From an archaeon GW2011_AR10 (GTDB lineage Archaea; Iainarchaeota; Iainarchaeia; Iainarchaeales; GW2011-AR10): DNA of 32,000 bases. Shown here piece by piece: positions 23,858-31,428 of this stretch. The DNA is taken from the NCBI GenBank assembly GCA_000830275.1, contig CP010424.1:1140001-1172000 (forward strand). Direction: 5' to 3'. The notes below the pieces were generated by a model. It was not told the origin of the DNA and did not search any database. It saw only the letters and a list, made by a program, of their open reading frames with translations. The position numbers were made by a program, and so were the translations under genes. Position 1 is the first letter of the stretch. Each line of letters begins with the position of its first letter.

Positions 23858-25084
23858 ATGAACGAAGCCGTTTTCTTGCGCGAAAAGTTCCGCGAATACT
23901 ATGAGCAAAATAAGGTTAGCGGTCCATCCGGCATTAGCCAGCGAGAATTCGGCGTTGGAGAGTTCGGCAAAAAGATTACCTCAAGGCACCTTTCTTTTTC
24001 AAGTGCAGATGAATTCAACTCTTTTTTGAGGAACAATGCGCCGCTTTTCATTTCTCACTCTTTGGGCTACTATGCTTTTCCTTCCGCTAGACCGATGAAC
24101 GCAAAGGAGCTGCTGAAGGCCGACTTGATTTATGAGTTTGACGCAGATGACCTCAAGACAGAGTGCAAGAAAAGCCATGACTCCTGGTTTTGCGGCAACT
24201 GCGGTTCAACAGGAAAAGGAAACGTATCCAATTGCTCGAAGTGTGGTGCAGGGGTTGAGGTGGACGAATGGGTTTGCCCGGACTGCTTAAAAGCAGTCAA
24301 AGCGCAGGTGTTCAAGTTAATGGAATTTCTGGAGGAAGACTTCGGGGTGAGCGAAGGGATTTCGCTGAATTACAGTGGAAGCAAGGGCTTTCACATTCAC
24401 ATTTCTGACGAAAATTTTTCCAAGCTGTCACCGCAGGCAAGGGTTGACTTAGTGGATTACCTTACAGCTTACCAGATTGATCCAGTTAGCCTTGGGTTTT
24501 TCCTCTCAAAGCAGAAAAAGTTTGTTTGCCCGCCTCCTGGGGTTGCAGCAGGATGGCAAAAAAGAATTCTTAATGGCGTAGAGGCCTTGTTTGAGCGCGG
24601 TTCATTCGAGGAAATTGCAGTTGCGGGAAACGTGACAACGGCATCAGCCAAACAGTTATTAAATGAAAGGAGCACAATTTTGAGCAAGCTGGCTGAAGGG
24701 GTTTTGTTTCAGCTGCCTGGAAAGAAGACTGAAGGTTTCTGGAATTCAGTCATCGAGTATGTTGTAAAATTGCAGCGCCTGGACATTGACAGGCAGACCT
24801 CAGTTGACATAAGCAAGATAATCAGGGTGCCGGACACGCTTCACGGCTCTACTGGTTTGGTCGCAAAAACAATTCCCTTCCAAGAGTTCAAAGAATTCGA
24901 GGCATTAAACAGTGCGGTTGTGTTCGGTGGGGAAGAAATAGTGGTGCAAGTTGCGAAAACTCCGAAGTTTTTTTTGCATGGCGAGTGGTGGGGGCCATTT
25001 GATGGAGAGAAAGCAGGGCTGCCAGAGTTTGTTGCAGTCTACCTTATCGCAAAATCAAAAGCCCATATTGTTAGTGGAGTTTGA
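23858..25084 (+). CDS. priS: DNA primase small (catalytic) subunit PriS
   Basis: The catalytic acidic motif is LIYEFDADD. The Zn-knuckle is CGNCGS...CSKCG...CPDC. SGSKGFHIHI and RVPDTLHGSTGL are the conserved archaeo-eukaryotic primase (AEP) motifs. Confidence 0.9.
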   Translation: MNEAVFLREKFREYYEQNKVSGPSGISQREFGVGEFGKKITSRHLSFSSADEFNSFLRNNAPLFISHSLGYYAFPSARPMNAKELLKADLIYEFDADDLKTECKKSHDSWFCGNCGSTGKGNVSNCSKCGAGVEVDEWVCPDCLKAVKAQVFKLMEFLEEDFGVSEGISLNYSGSKGFHIHISDENFSKLSPQARVDLVDYLTAYQIDPVSLGFFLSKQKKFVCPPPGVAAGWQKRILNGVEALFERGSFEEIAVAGNVTTASAKQLLNERSTILSKLAEGVLFQLPGKKTEGFWNSVIEYVVKLQRLDIDRQTSVDISKIIRVPDTLHGSTGLVAKTIPFQEFKEFEALNSAVVFGGEEIVVQVAKTPKFFLHGEWWGPFDGEKAGLPEFVAVYLIAKSKAHIVSGV

Positions 25085-25089
25085 CTGGA

Positions 25090-25650
25090 ATGGATCTTTC
25101 ATTTGACGAAATAAGGCGGATTCACAGGCTTGAAAAGAACACCTCGCAGTTGGTGGAAGTTGAAAAGGAATTCTATAATGAACTGCATGCCTTTCTCCAA
25201 AAGGAAAAGCAGGCATACCTTGAATCGCTGAAAGATTTTTCTGTTTCAGATACCCGCAGGTTTTCAAACCTCAAGAAAATGGTTGAAGAAATATTTTCAA
25301 TGCGTGAAAAAAAGCTTTTGAACAAGGCGCTGATTGCAAGTCGGACAAAAGAAGCCAGTGAAGAGCACATGGCGTTGCAGGAAAAGGAGCTCTTCAAAAA
25401 AATGCTTGAACTGCTTGAAGAGCATGGTGCGCTGCTCAACGGATTATTTGAAAATGAGGCAGCAGAGAAGAAGCCATCTAAAGATTTAAATAATCTTTCA
25501 GTGAGAATTCTTTCAGACATTCCCGAGTTTGTAGGCTCTGACATGAAGGAGTATGGTCCTTACCGGAAAGGGCAAAAAGTTGCCATTCCCCTCAAAATTG
25601 CGAAACTGCTTGAGTCAAGGAAACTCGGTGAAGTTGTTAGGGAGGGCTGA
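25090..25650 (+). CDS. GINS subunit (Gins51/Gins15-type)
   Basis: An alpha-helical N-domain (DEIRRIHRLEKNTSQLVEVEKEFYNEL...REKKLLNKALIA) is followed by a C-terminal B-domain (VRILSDIPEFVGSDMKEYGPYRKGQKVAIPLKIAKLLESRKLGE). The position immediately after priS is a known archaeal linkage. An alternative TTG start at 25081 overlaps the priS stop. Confidence 0.6.
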   Translation: MDLSFDEIRRIHRLEKNTSQLVEVEKEFYNELHAFLQKEKQAYLESLKDFSVSDTRRFSNLKKMVEEIFSMREKKLLNKALIASRTKEASEEHMALQEKELFKKMLELLEEHGALLNGLFENEAAEKKPSKDLNNLSVRILSDIPEFVGSDMKEYGPYRKGQKVAIPLKIAKLLESRKLGEVVREG

Positions 25651-25652
25651 AA

Positions 25653-25847
25653 ATGTCCAGAAAAGCATCTGTTCCAACCCAGAAAACAAAGTTTTTAAGA
25701 GTTAAATGCCCTGCCTGCGGCAACGAGCAAACCATTTTCAGTTCAGCAACCACCAAGGTGAAGTGCCTTGCATGCAACCATTTGCTCGCTGAAACCGGCG
25801 CCTCAAAAATCAAGCTTAAGACAAAGGTTTTGAAAGTATTCGGTTGA
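25653..25847 (+). CDS. rps27e: 30S ribosomal protein S27e
   Basis: FLRVKCPACGNEQTIFSSATTKVKCLACNHLLAETGASK is the C4 zinc-ribbon of eS27. The protein is 64 aa. The SD-like GGGAGGG lies upstream. Confidence 0.9.
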   Translation: MSRKASVPTQKTKFLRVKCPACGNEQTIFSSATTKVKCLACNHLLAETGASKIKLKTKVLKVFG

Positions 25848-25852
25848 TTTAA

Positions 25853-26623
25853 ATGCCTGACCTGCCGGAAGTTGGAGAAATAGTGGTGTGCAAGATAACA
25901 AAAATCCTTGATTACGGGGTTTTCACCGAGCTTTCAGAATACAACAGCATTCAGGGCTTTGTCCACATTAGCCAGGTTAGCAGTAGCTGGGTGAAAAACA
26001 TCAGGAACTTTGTCAAGGAAAACCAGTTGAGGGCAGCGCAAGTACTAAACATTGACACCCAAAAAAACCAGATTGATTTGTCCTTTAACAAGGTTTCAGC
26101 TGGTCTGCAGAGGGCAAAAATAGAGGAATGGAAGCAGGCGAAGAGAAGCCAGAAACTCATTGAAGTGCTTGCAAAGCAGAACAACACAAGCTTTGACGCT
26201 GCATGGAAGGAAGTTGCAGAGCCGCTTCTAGAGAAATATGAAACCCTCTATGACGCTTTTCAGGGAGTACTGCTTGAAAAAGAGCCAGCGCTTAGCGGCA
26301 TTGACAAAAAATGGGTTAAACCGCTGGTTGAATTGGTTGAAAAAAACATTGAAGTGCCCACCAAAACAGTTAAAGGCGTTTTAACTCTTTCCAGCAGTGC
26401 CTATAACGGGGTTGAGCTGATTAAGTCCGCGCTGATGCAGGCCCAGAGCGTTTCAAAGGATGCAGAAATCGACATATACTATGTCGGGTCCGGCAAGTAC
26501 ATGGTGAAAGTCAGCTCATTCGACTACAAGGTTGCTGAAAGGGTTTTAAAGCAGGTAGGCGAGACAGCAATTGATTCAATAAAAGCAGCAAAGGGCTTTG
26601 GGGACCTTTCAAGAATGAATTAA
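25853..26623 (+). CDS. eif2a: translation initiation factor 2 alpha subunit (aIF2-alpha)
   Basis: PEVGEIVVCKITKILDYGVFTELSEYNSIQGFVHISQVSSSWVKNIRNFVKENQ is the N-terminal S1 domain typical of a/eIF2-alpha. The 256-aa length fits. Confidence 0.9.
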   Translation: MPDLPEVGEIVVCKITKILDYGVFTELSEYNSIQGFVHISQVSSSWVKNIRNFVKENQLRAAQVLNIDTQKNQIDLSFNKVSAGLQRAKIEEWKQAKRSQKLIEVLAKQNNTSFDAAWKEVAEPLLEKYETLYDAFQGVLLEKEPALSGIDKKWVKPLVELVEKNIEVPTKTVKGVLTLSSSAYNGVELIKSALMQAQSVSKDAEIDIYYVGSGKYMVKVSSFDYKVAERVLKQVGETAIDSIKAAKGFGDLSRMN

Positions 26624-26624
26624 A

Positions 26625-27410
26625 GTGATGCCAATGAAAACAAGAGTAAAATTTTTGAAGAACATTAAGCTAAGAAACCCGGTTCTTTTTACTGGCCTGC
26701 CCGGAATAGGGCTTGTCGGAAAAATTTCTGTTGACTATCTTTTGAAGCAGTTGAAGGCGCAGAAAATTGCAGAGGTTTTTTCTGATTCTTTTCCGCCCAG
26801 TATTCACACAAAGGATGGAGTAATAAACATGATAAAGGATGAAATATTCCTCTACTCTTTTAAGGACAGGGATTATCTTTTCCTTGCAGGGCCAGTGCAG
26901 CCAGCACTTGATATCAGGAGCAGTTCAATGGCCGAGCACTATGAGTTTGCTGAAGCAATAATGGACTCTCTGAAAGCAAAAGGGTTAAAGGAAGTTTACA
27001 CGCTTGCAGGAATCAACATCGGGGAGAAAAGAATGCTTTCAGAGCCGAACGTGATCATTGCTGCAACCGACAAGAACATTTTGGCTGAGTGGAAAAAGTT
27101 TGGAGCGGTAGGCGACAGGCCCGAGGGCCTTATAAGTGGTGCAGCTGGCCTCATTCTTGGCGTTGCAAAAGAGAACGGAATTAGTGGAGCGTGTCTGATG
27201 GGTGAAACCAATGCAAGATTAGTTTATGGAGACCACGGTGCAGCAAAGAACGTGCTTGAATTGCTGATTAAAAAATACGGGTTCAAAGTGGACATGAGCA
27301 GAATTGAAAAGGAAGCAAAAGAAATCGAATCAGCTTTCACGCAATTAGCGAAACAGTTTGAAGACCAAGAAGAAAAACCCGCGGAACATGGTCTCAGTTA
27401 CGTCAGATAA
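26625..27410 (+). CDS. PAC2-family proteasome assembly chaperone-like protein
   Basis: RNPVLFTGLPGIGLVGKISVDYLLKQL...LFLAGPVQP...GISGACLMGET matches the archaeal PAC2/PbaA-like pattern. The start is ambiguous (GTG 26625, ATG 26628 or ATG 26634). Confidence 0.65.
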   Translation: MMPMKTRVKFLKNIKLRNPVLFTGLPGIGLVGKISVDYLLKQLKAQKIAEVFSDSFPPSIHTKDGVINMIKDEIFLYSFKDRDYLFLAGPVQPALDIRSSSMAEHYEFAEAIMDSLKAKGLKEVYTLAGINIGEKRMLSEPNVIIAATDKNILAEWKKFGAVGDRPEGLISGAAGLILGVAKENGISGACLMGETNARLVYGDHGAAKNVLELLIKKYGFKVDMSRIEKEAKEIESAFTQLAKQFEDQEEKPAEHGLSYVR

Positions 27411-27530
27411 AACGCTGTTCTTGTAATAGGGGTCTATCGATTAAGCAGGCAATGATGTTACCACATAATCAGCAAATTCTTTAATCAAAAAGAAGAAGGG
27501 ATAAAAAACTGCACAAGGAATTGTTATAAT

Positions 27531-28469
27531 ATGGACACTGTTGACACCCAAATTCTGCGCATAATGGGCTTAAGGCCTTATGGGCAGCTTCCACAGGACA
27601 TGAATGGTTTCAAACCAGCATATATCGCCAAAAAAATAGGCTTAGAACCAAAAACAGTGAAGGCGCGCATACAACGCCTCAAAGAAAGTGGCCTTATCAG
27701 TTTTTACCAGCTTTACCCAAACTTTAACCACCTAGAAGTCAATGGCTCTGCATACCTTTTTAACGTAAAGGAGCAGGACCAAAAACCAAAAATAATTAAG
27801 CGAATAGAAATGGTTGGCGAACTCTTGGAAGTTCATGATTTTTTGGGAAAAGAATTGTGTGTTGACATTGGATACCATACCAATTACGATTTGGATAAAA
27901 AAATCGGATTGCTTCGCGAGTTCACGGGCGACGCAAAACCAATTTGTTTTTATCACAGGCATATGCCTAAAGTTAACAGAAAGCTTTCATTGCTTGACTG
28001 GCGCATACTCAAGACACTCCGCTACAACGCACTGCAATCACCGGCAACTGTTGCAGCACAACTAAAAATCAGTTTGAAAACAGCAAAAAGAAGGATTGAA
28101 AGAATGGGCAAGGAAGGAAGTTTTTTCATTGTTCCTGCACTTGACCCAAGCAAGGCAATTGGCCTTGTGTTATTTGAACTTCTTGTTTACACAAATCAAA
28201 GCGTGAACAATTCTTCAATACAGCAAATTCTGCAAACAACAAAAGACCACTATGTTTACCATTATATTCCTGCTTCAAGTGCTCTTGGAAACTTTGACCT
28301 TATTTTGTTTGTAGACTCGATAGGAAAAATAGAGGAATTAAGGCAAAAAGTAAGCAAAATCAACGGGGTTGCAAAAACCAATGCACTAATATTCCAAGGA
28401 TGGCACGATTTTACTGGATGGATTGATTCTGCCATTGAACAAAAAATAAGCTCGTTGTCCAAAACCTGA
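27531..28469 (+). CDS. transcriptional regulator with two tandem Lrp/AsnC-like winged-HTH modules
   Basis: The first module is DTQILRIMG...YIAKKIGLEPKTVKARIQRLKESGLI and the second is LDWRILKTLRYNALQSPATVAAQLKISLKTAKRRIERMGKEGSF. Each is followed by about 80 aa of a possible effector-type domain. Confidence 0.55.
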   Translation: MDTVDTQILRIMGLRPYGQLPQDMNGFKPAYIAKKIGLEPKTVKARIQRLKESGLISFYQLYPNFNHLEVNGSAYLFNVKEQDQKPKIIKRIEMVGELLEVHDFLGKELCVDIGYHTNYDLDKKIGLLREFTGDAKPICFYHRHMPKVNRKLSLLDWRILKTLRYNALQSPATVAAQLKISLKTAKRRIERMGKEGSFFIVPALDPSKAIGLVLFELLVYTNQSVNNSSIQQILQTTKDHYVYHYIPASSALGNFDLILFVDSIGKIEELRQKVSKINGVAKTNALIFQGWHDFTGWIDSAIEQKISSLSKT

Positions 28470-28584
28470 AAAGCTAATTCTTAAAACGGACAAATTTTCC
28501 AAAAACCTGACCAAAACCGGTTTTTTGGTTTCCGGCAATTTTAGAAAGCACCTTAACAGAAAGAATAACAGAGGTGAATGAATT

Positions 28585-29139
28585 ATGAACGGAAAAATAA
28601 ACGGAATTGATGTGAATACATTGAATTCGACAATTGAAGCAGTAAAACAAAACCCTGTTTTGGCAAAATGCACTTTTAGCACGCACACGGTCTGGAAAAA
28701 GGGTTTTCAAAACCAAACAGAAATAAGCAGCTTTGTGCAAGCAGGAGAAACAGTCAATCGTGGTAAAACATTCAAATTAGGCGGAGACCATCCGGAAGTT
28801 CTTTTAGGGCAAAACACTGCGCCAGCAGCAGTTGAAACCCTTATTGCGGCAACTTCTGCCTGCATTGCGGGAGGATGGGCAACTTTTGGGGCAGCAATGG
28901 GCGTCCAACTAGATTCACTAAAAATCGACCTAGAAGGAGACATTGACCTGCAGGGATTCATGGGAACGAACAACAAAGTCAAGCCAGGGTTAAACAAAAT
29001 CAGGGGAAAAATTTTCGTAAAAAGCCATGCAAGCGACAAACAGCTACAAGAACTAAAAGAAATGGCGGAAAAAATGTCACCCGTGGTTAATTCACTAAAA
29101 GTGCCAGTACAAACAGAATTAGTTCACGTAAAGAATTAA
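28585..29139 (+). CDS. OsmC/Ohr-family peroxiredoxin-like protein
   Basis: GGDHPEVLLGQNTAPAAVETLIAATSACIAGGWA...KIDLEGDIDLQGF fits the OsmC-family layout with the conserved Cys. The SD GAGGTGA lies 9 nt upstream of the ATG. Confidence 0.7.
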   Translation: MNGKINGIDVNTLNSTIEAVKQNPVLAKCTFSTHTVWKKGFQNQTEISSFVQAGETVNRGKTFKLGGDHPEVLLGQNTAPAAVETLIAATSACIAGGWATFGAAMGVQLDSLKIDLEGDIDLQGFMGTNNKVKPGLNKIRGKIFVKSHASDKQLQELKEMAEKMSPVVNSLKVPVQTELVHVKN

Positions 29140-29445
29140 ACAGAAAAAAGTTGTGCCGGTGCCAGGGTGTAACTCCTATGCATGCCGGAGCAAAAATTTA
29201 TTTCCAATGCTATCAATACTCTTTGATGGGATTAGAAATTTGGCAGCTCCGGCAATGCAAAGTTGTTTCTCTGACTGATTAATTTCAATTGCTGTAATCC
29301 TATCACGTTTGAGCAAAAGGAAAATACCCCGGGAAAAATAAAGAATCCGCCTAAAAACCGTTAATTTTTAAGCATCACCATCATACGATACATACGGCAA
29401 TGATGAAGTGAAAACCGGTTTTAGTCGGTGGTTTTTAATAGTCGT

Positions 29446-30717
29446 TTAGAATTCTCCCAAAGTTTTCTGGCCGCTGACTTGGCTTGCATTAATATCTTTT
29501 TCAAGAATTTCTTTTCTTGAGTCAAACTCCTCCTTTGAGTCGCAGATTATTGGTTTGCCGTAGTTTCCGCCGCCCCCGGGAATGTAGAGTACAAGCCCTT
29601 CCCGGAATGCCTTCACTTTTTTTGCCACTTCCTGGTTTACTTCATTCAACTCCTCTTCTTCCGCGTCAACCAATACATTTATTTCGTTGCCGAACCTTTC
29701 CACGAAATCCATCCAAGTGCTCTGCACTTTCTGCGAGTTTATGTTGTTAACGCCAAATGCGGCTTGGATTATTTCAGCTAAGGGCAGCGAATGCATGTAA
29801 GGCGGCCTGAAGTCAGGGTGCGTTTCTTCCTTGAAATCAGCCAGCTCCTCAATCCTGTCCCGCACGCCTTTCTTGATTGCTCCCCTGCACTTCATGCACT
29901 TCCAGTTAAGCTGGTTTGCCTGCTCAGCTGAGTACTTTGTGAAGCAGGCATTGCAGGCAGATAGATGGTATTTTCCTTCCTTTGGGTTCAATCCAACATT
30001 CAAGGTAATGAGTTTTTCCTGTTTTCTTTCAAACGCCTTCCTTATTTCCTTGAAGCTGGGTTCCTTCAGCTTCATTCTAGTGAACTCTCTTCCAATGCGG
30101 TGAGGCCAAGGACTGTGGGCATCAGAGCTAGTGAGAAAAGAATACGAGTGGTTTTCTTCAATCAAGTCTGCAAGCGCCGAGTCAGCGCTCAATCCAAGCT
30201 CAATGAATGAAATGCTTTCAGCCATTCCCCCATAAGCTTTCCTGACCGAGTCATGGTGTGCATAAATTCCAGTATAAGGCGTGAAAGAGTGCGCTGGCCC
30301 AATGATGCCTTTGGCTTCCTCAACATTTTCAGCTATCTGCTCTGCGTTAAGCCTCAGCACTGGCCTTCCGCACATAGCGCAGTCAAGGTTGCCGAACCCA
30401 ATCAATTTCTCGCGGAGTTGTTCTGCAGCAGAAAAGTCAGGCAAGTAAATAAGGTGATGTGCCCTGTCCTTTGATTCAACCTCGGTTCCAACAACAAAAA
30501 AGCATTTGCTGTTTTTGTCGGAGAAAACGCCGTTGCTTTCTTCCACAATGCCCTGCTTTACGTGCTCGAACCACTTTTTGTGGAGGATATCAGCACTGGA
30601 AACAGCGTCAATGCCCTTAAGTTTAGCCTGCTCCGCAATTATCGGCACAAGCATGTTTTTGCTTACTCCGCCAGCGTAAACGCCGTGCAACTGAAGGTCA
30701 AGGTTGAATTCCTTCAT
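29446..30717 (-). CDS. endonuclease Q-like protein (PHP-type domain plus Zn finger; TIGR00375-like)
   Basis: The N-terminus is LDLQLHGVYAGGVSKNMLVPIIAEQAKLKGIDAV...ADILHKKW. Also present are AHHLIYLP, GPAHSFTP, SSDAHSPW and the C-terminal Zn finger CNACFTKY...WKCMKCRG. The 423-aa length is close to characterised EndoQ. Recognition is from memory of the family. Confidence 0.55.
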   Translation of the reverse strand: MKEFNLDLQLHGVYAGGVSKNMLVPIIAEQAKLKGIDAVSSADILHKKWFEHVKQGIVEESNGVFSDKNSKCFFVVGTEVESKDRAHHLIYLPDFSAAEQLREKLIGFGNLDCAMCGRPVLRLNAEQIAENVEEAKGIIGPAHSFTPYTGIYAHHDSVRKAYGGMAESISFIELGLSADSALADLIEENHSYSFLTSSDAHSPWPHRIGREFTRMKLKEPSFKEIRKAFERKQEKLITLNVGLNPKEGKYHLSACNACFTKYSAEQANQLNWKCMKCRGAIKKGVRDRIEELADFKEETHPDFRPPYMHSLPLAEIIQAAFGVNNINSQKVQSTWMDFVERFGNEINVLVDAEEEELNEVNQEVAKKVKAFREGLVLYIPGGGGNYGKPIICDSKEEFDSRKEILEKDINASQVSGQKTLGEF

Positions 30718-30740
30718 TCAATCCCCTATTAATTATAGCA

Positions 30741-30825
30741 GGCGACATTAATTTTTGAACATTTATTGTCGCCTGATAGATAGCAAATGACCTTGTTTTG
30801 TTCAAATATTTTTGTCATTTGCTAT
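30741..30825. promoter_or_regulatory. two adjacent inverted repeats whose AT-rich loops contain TATA-like cores
   Basis: AGGCGACA-N19-TGTCGCCT spans 30741-30775. Its loop on the minus strand reads ATAAATGTTCAAAAATTAA, about 35 nt upstream of the EndoQ-like ATG. TAGCAAATGAC-N22-GTCATTTGCTA spans 30782-30825. Its loop contains GTTCAAATATTTTT and it is followed by TATATATTAATATAAAAAA. Confidence 0.5.
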
Positions 30826-30920
30826 ATATTAATATAAAAAAGAATTAATATTTGGAGTATTGGGGAGTTTGGTAATATTTGGAGTATTTGGGTTTTTGGT
30901 AACGGCTGGTAAGCTGCATG

Positions 30921-31244
30921 CTATATTGGCATGTTGAAGAACTTTAGTATGAGTATTGCCCCTACTCCTGCCAAACCGAAGATGGCAGAAATTACTATTG
31001 TTGGAATAAGCTGCAGCTCAATTTTTAACACGAACACCATCACTGCCCAAGCGATAAGGCCGAGCGCTGAGTTAACAATTATTTTTTTGAGGTGAATGAG
31101 AATAAGTACCGCTGCAATAATTAGAATGAAGCCGATCACGAGAATCTGCCAGTTTCCCGCGAGCTGCTGTGTTATGTCGTTTGCTGTCTGGGAAGCGCCT
31201 TCAATTGCGCTGCCTTCCAGCGCCTGCAAAAACAAACCCTGCAT
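30921..31244 (-). CDS. BofA-like small integral membrane protein
   Basis: The 107-aa protein has 2-3 TM helices. KKIIVNSALGLIAWAVMVFVL...IPTIVISAIFGLAGVGAILILKFF resembles the BofA-family C-terminal pattern (INLVTTAISGILGIPGIAALVVIK). Confidence 0.45.
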   Translation of the reverse strand: MQGLFLQALEGSAIEGASQTANDITQQLAGNWQILVIGFILIIAAVLILIHLKKIIVNSALGLIAWAVMVFVLKIELQLIPTIVISAIFGLAGVGAILILKFFNMPI

Positions 31245-31267
31245 AAGTATGCCTTTTTTATTCTATG

Positions 31268-31377
31268 GCGAATGACATTAATAATTAAACATTTATTGCT
31301 CATTTGCTATATGTAAAAGACAATATATTTTGCCATATGTAAAAGACAATTATTTTCCAAACAAGAATGTCTTTTAC
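31268..31377. promoter_or_regulatory. inverted repeats and direct repeats in the divergent promoter region
   Basis: An imperfect inverted repeat, GCGAATGAC-N21-GCTCATTTGC, spans 31268-31307. A 16-nt direct repeat, ATATGTAAAAGACAAT, occurs at 31309 and 31335. The hairpin GTAAAAGACA-N19-TGTCTTTTAC spans 31339-31377 and is followed by TATATTATATTAA. Confidence 0.45.
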
Positions 31378-31428
31378 TATATTATATTAAGCTTATCAAT
31401 ATTATACTGTTTTGGTTTTATATTTATA

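Noticed and set aside
28386-28740. Minus-strand ORFs of 100 and 88 aa across the regulator/OsmC junction.
   Set aside because: They are antisense to the 3' end of the regulator gene, the terminator hairpin and the SD-led OsmC start. There is no supporting signal.
29399-29405. A C/D-box sRNA, suggested by the C-box-like ATGATGA (also ATGATG at about 27461).
   Set aside because: No CUGA D box, C'/D' pair or terminal stem lies at the expected 50-70-nt spacing downstream. A single heptamer match is expected by chance.
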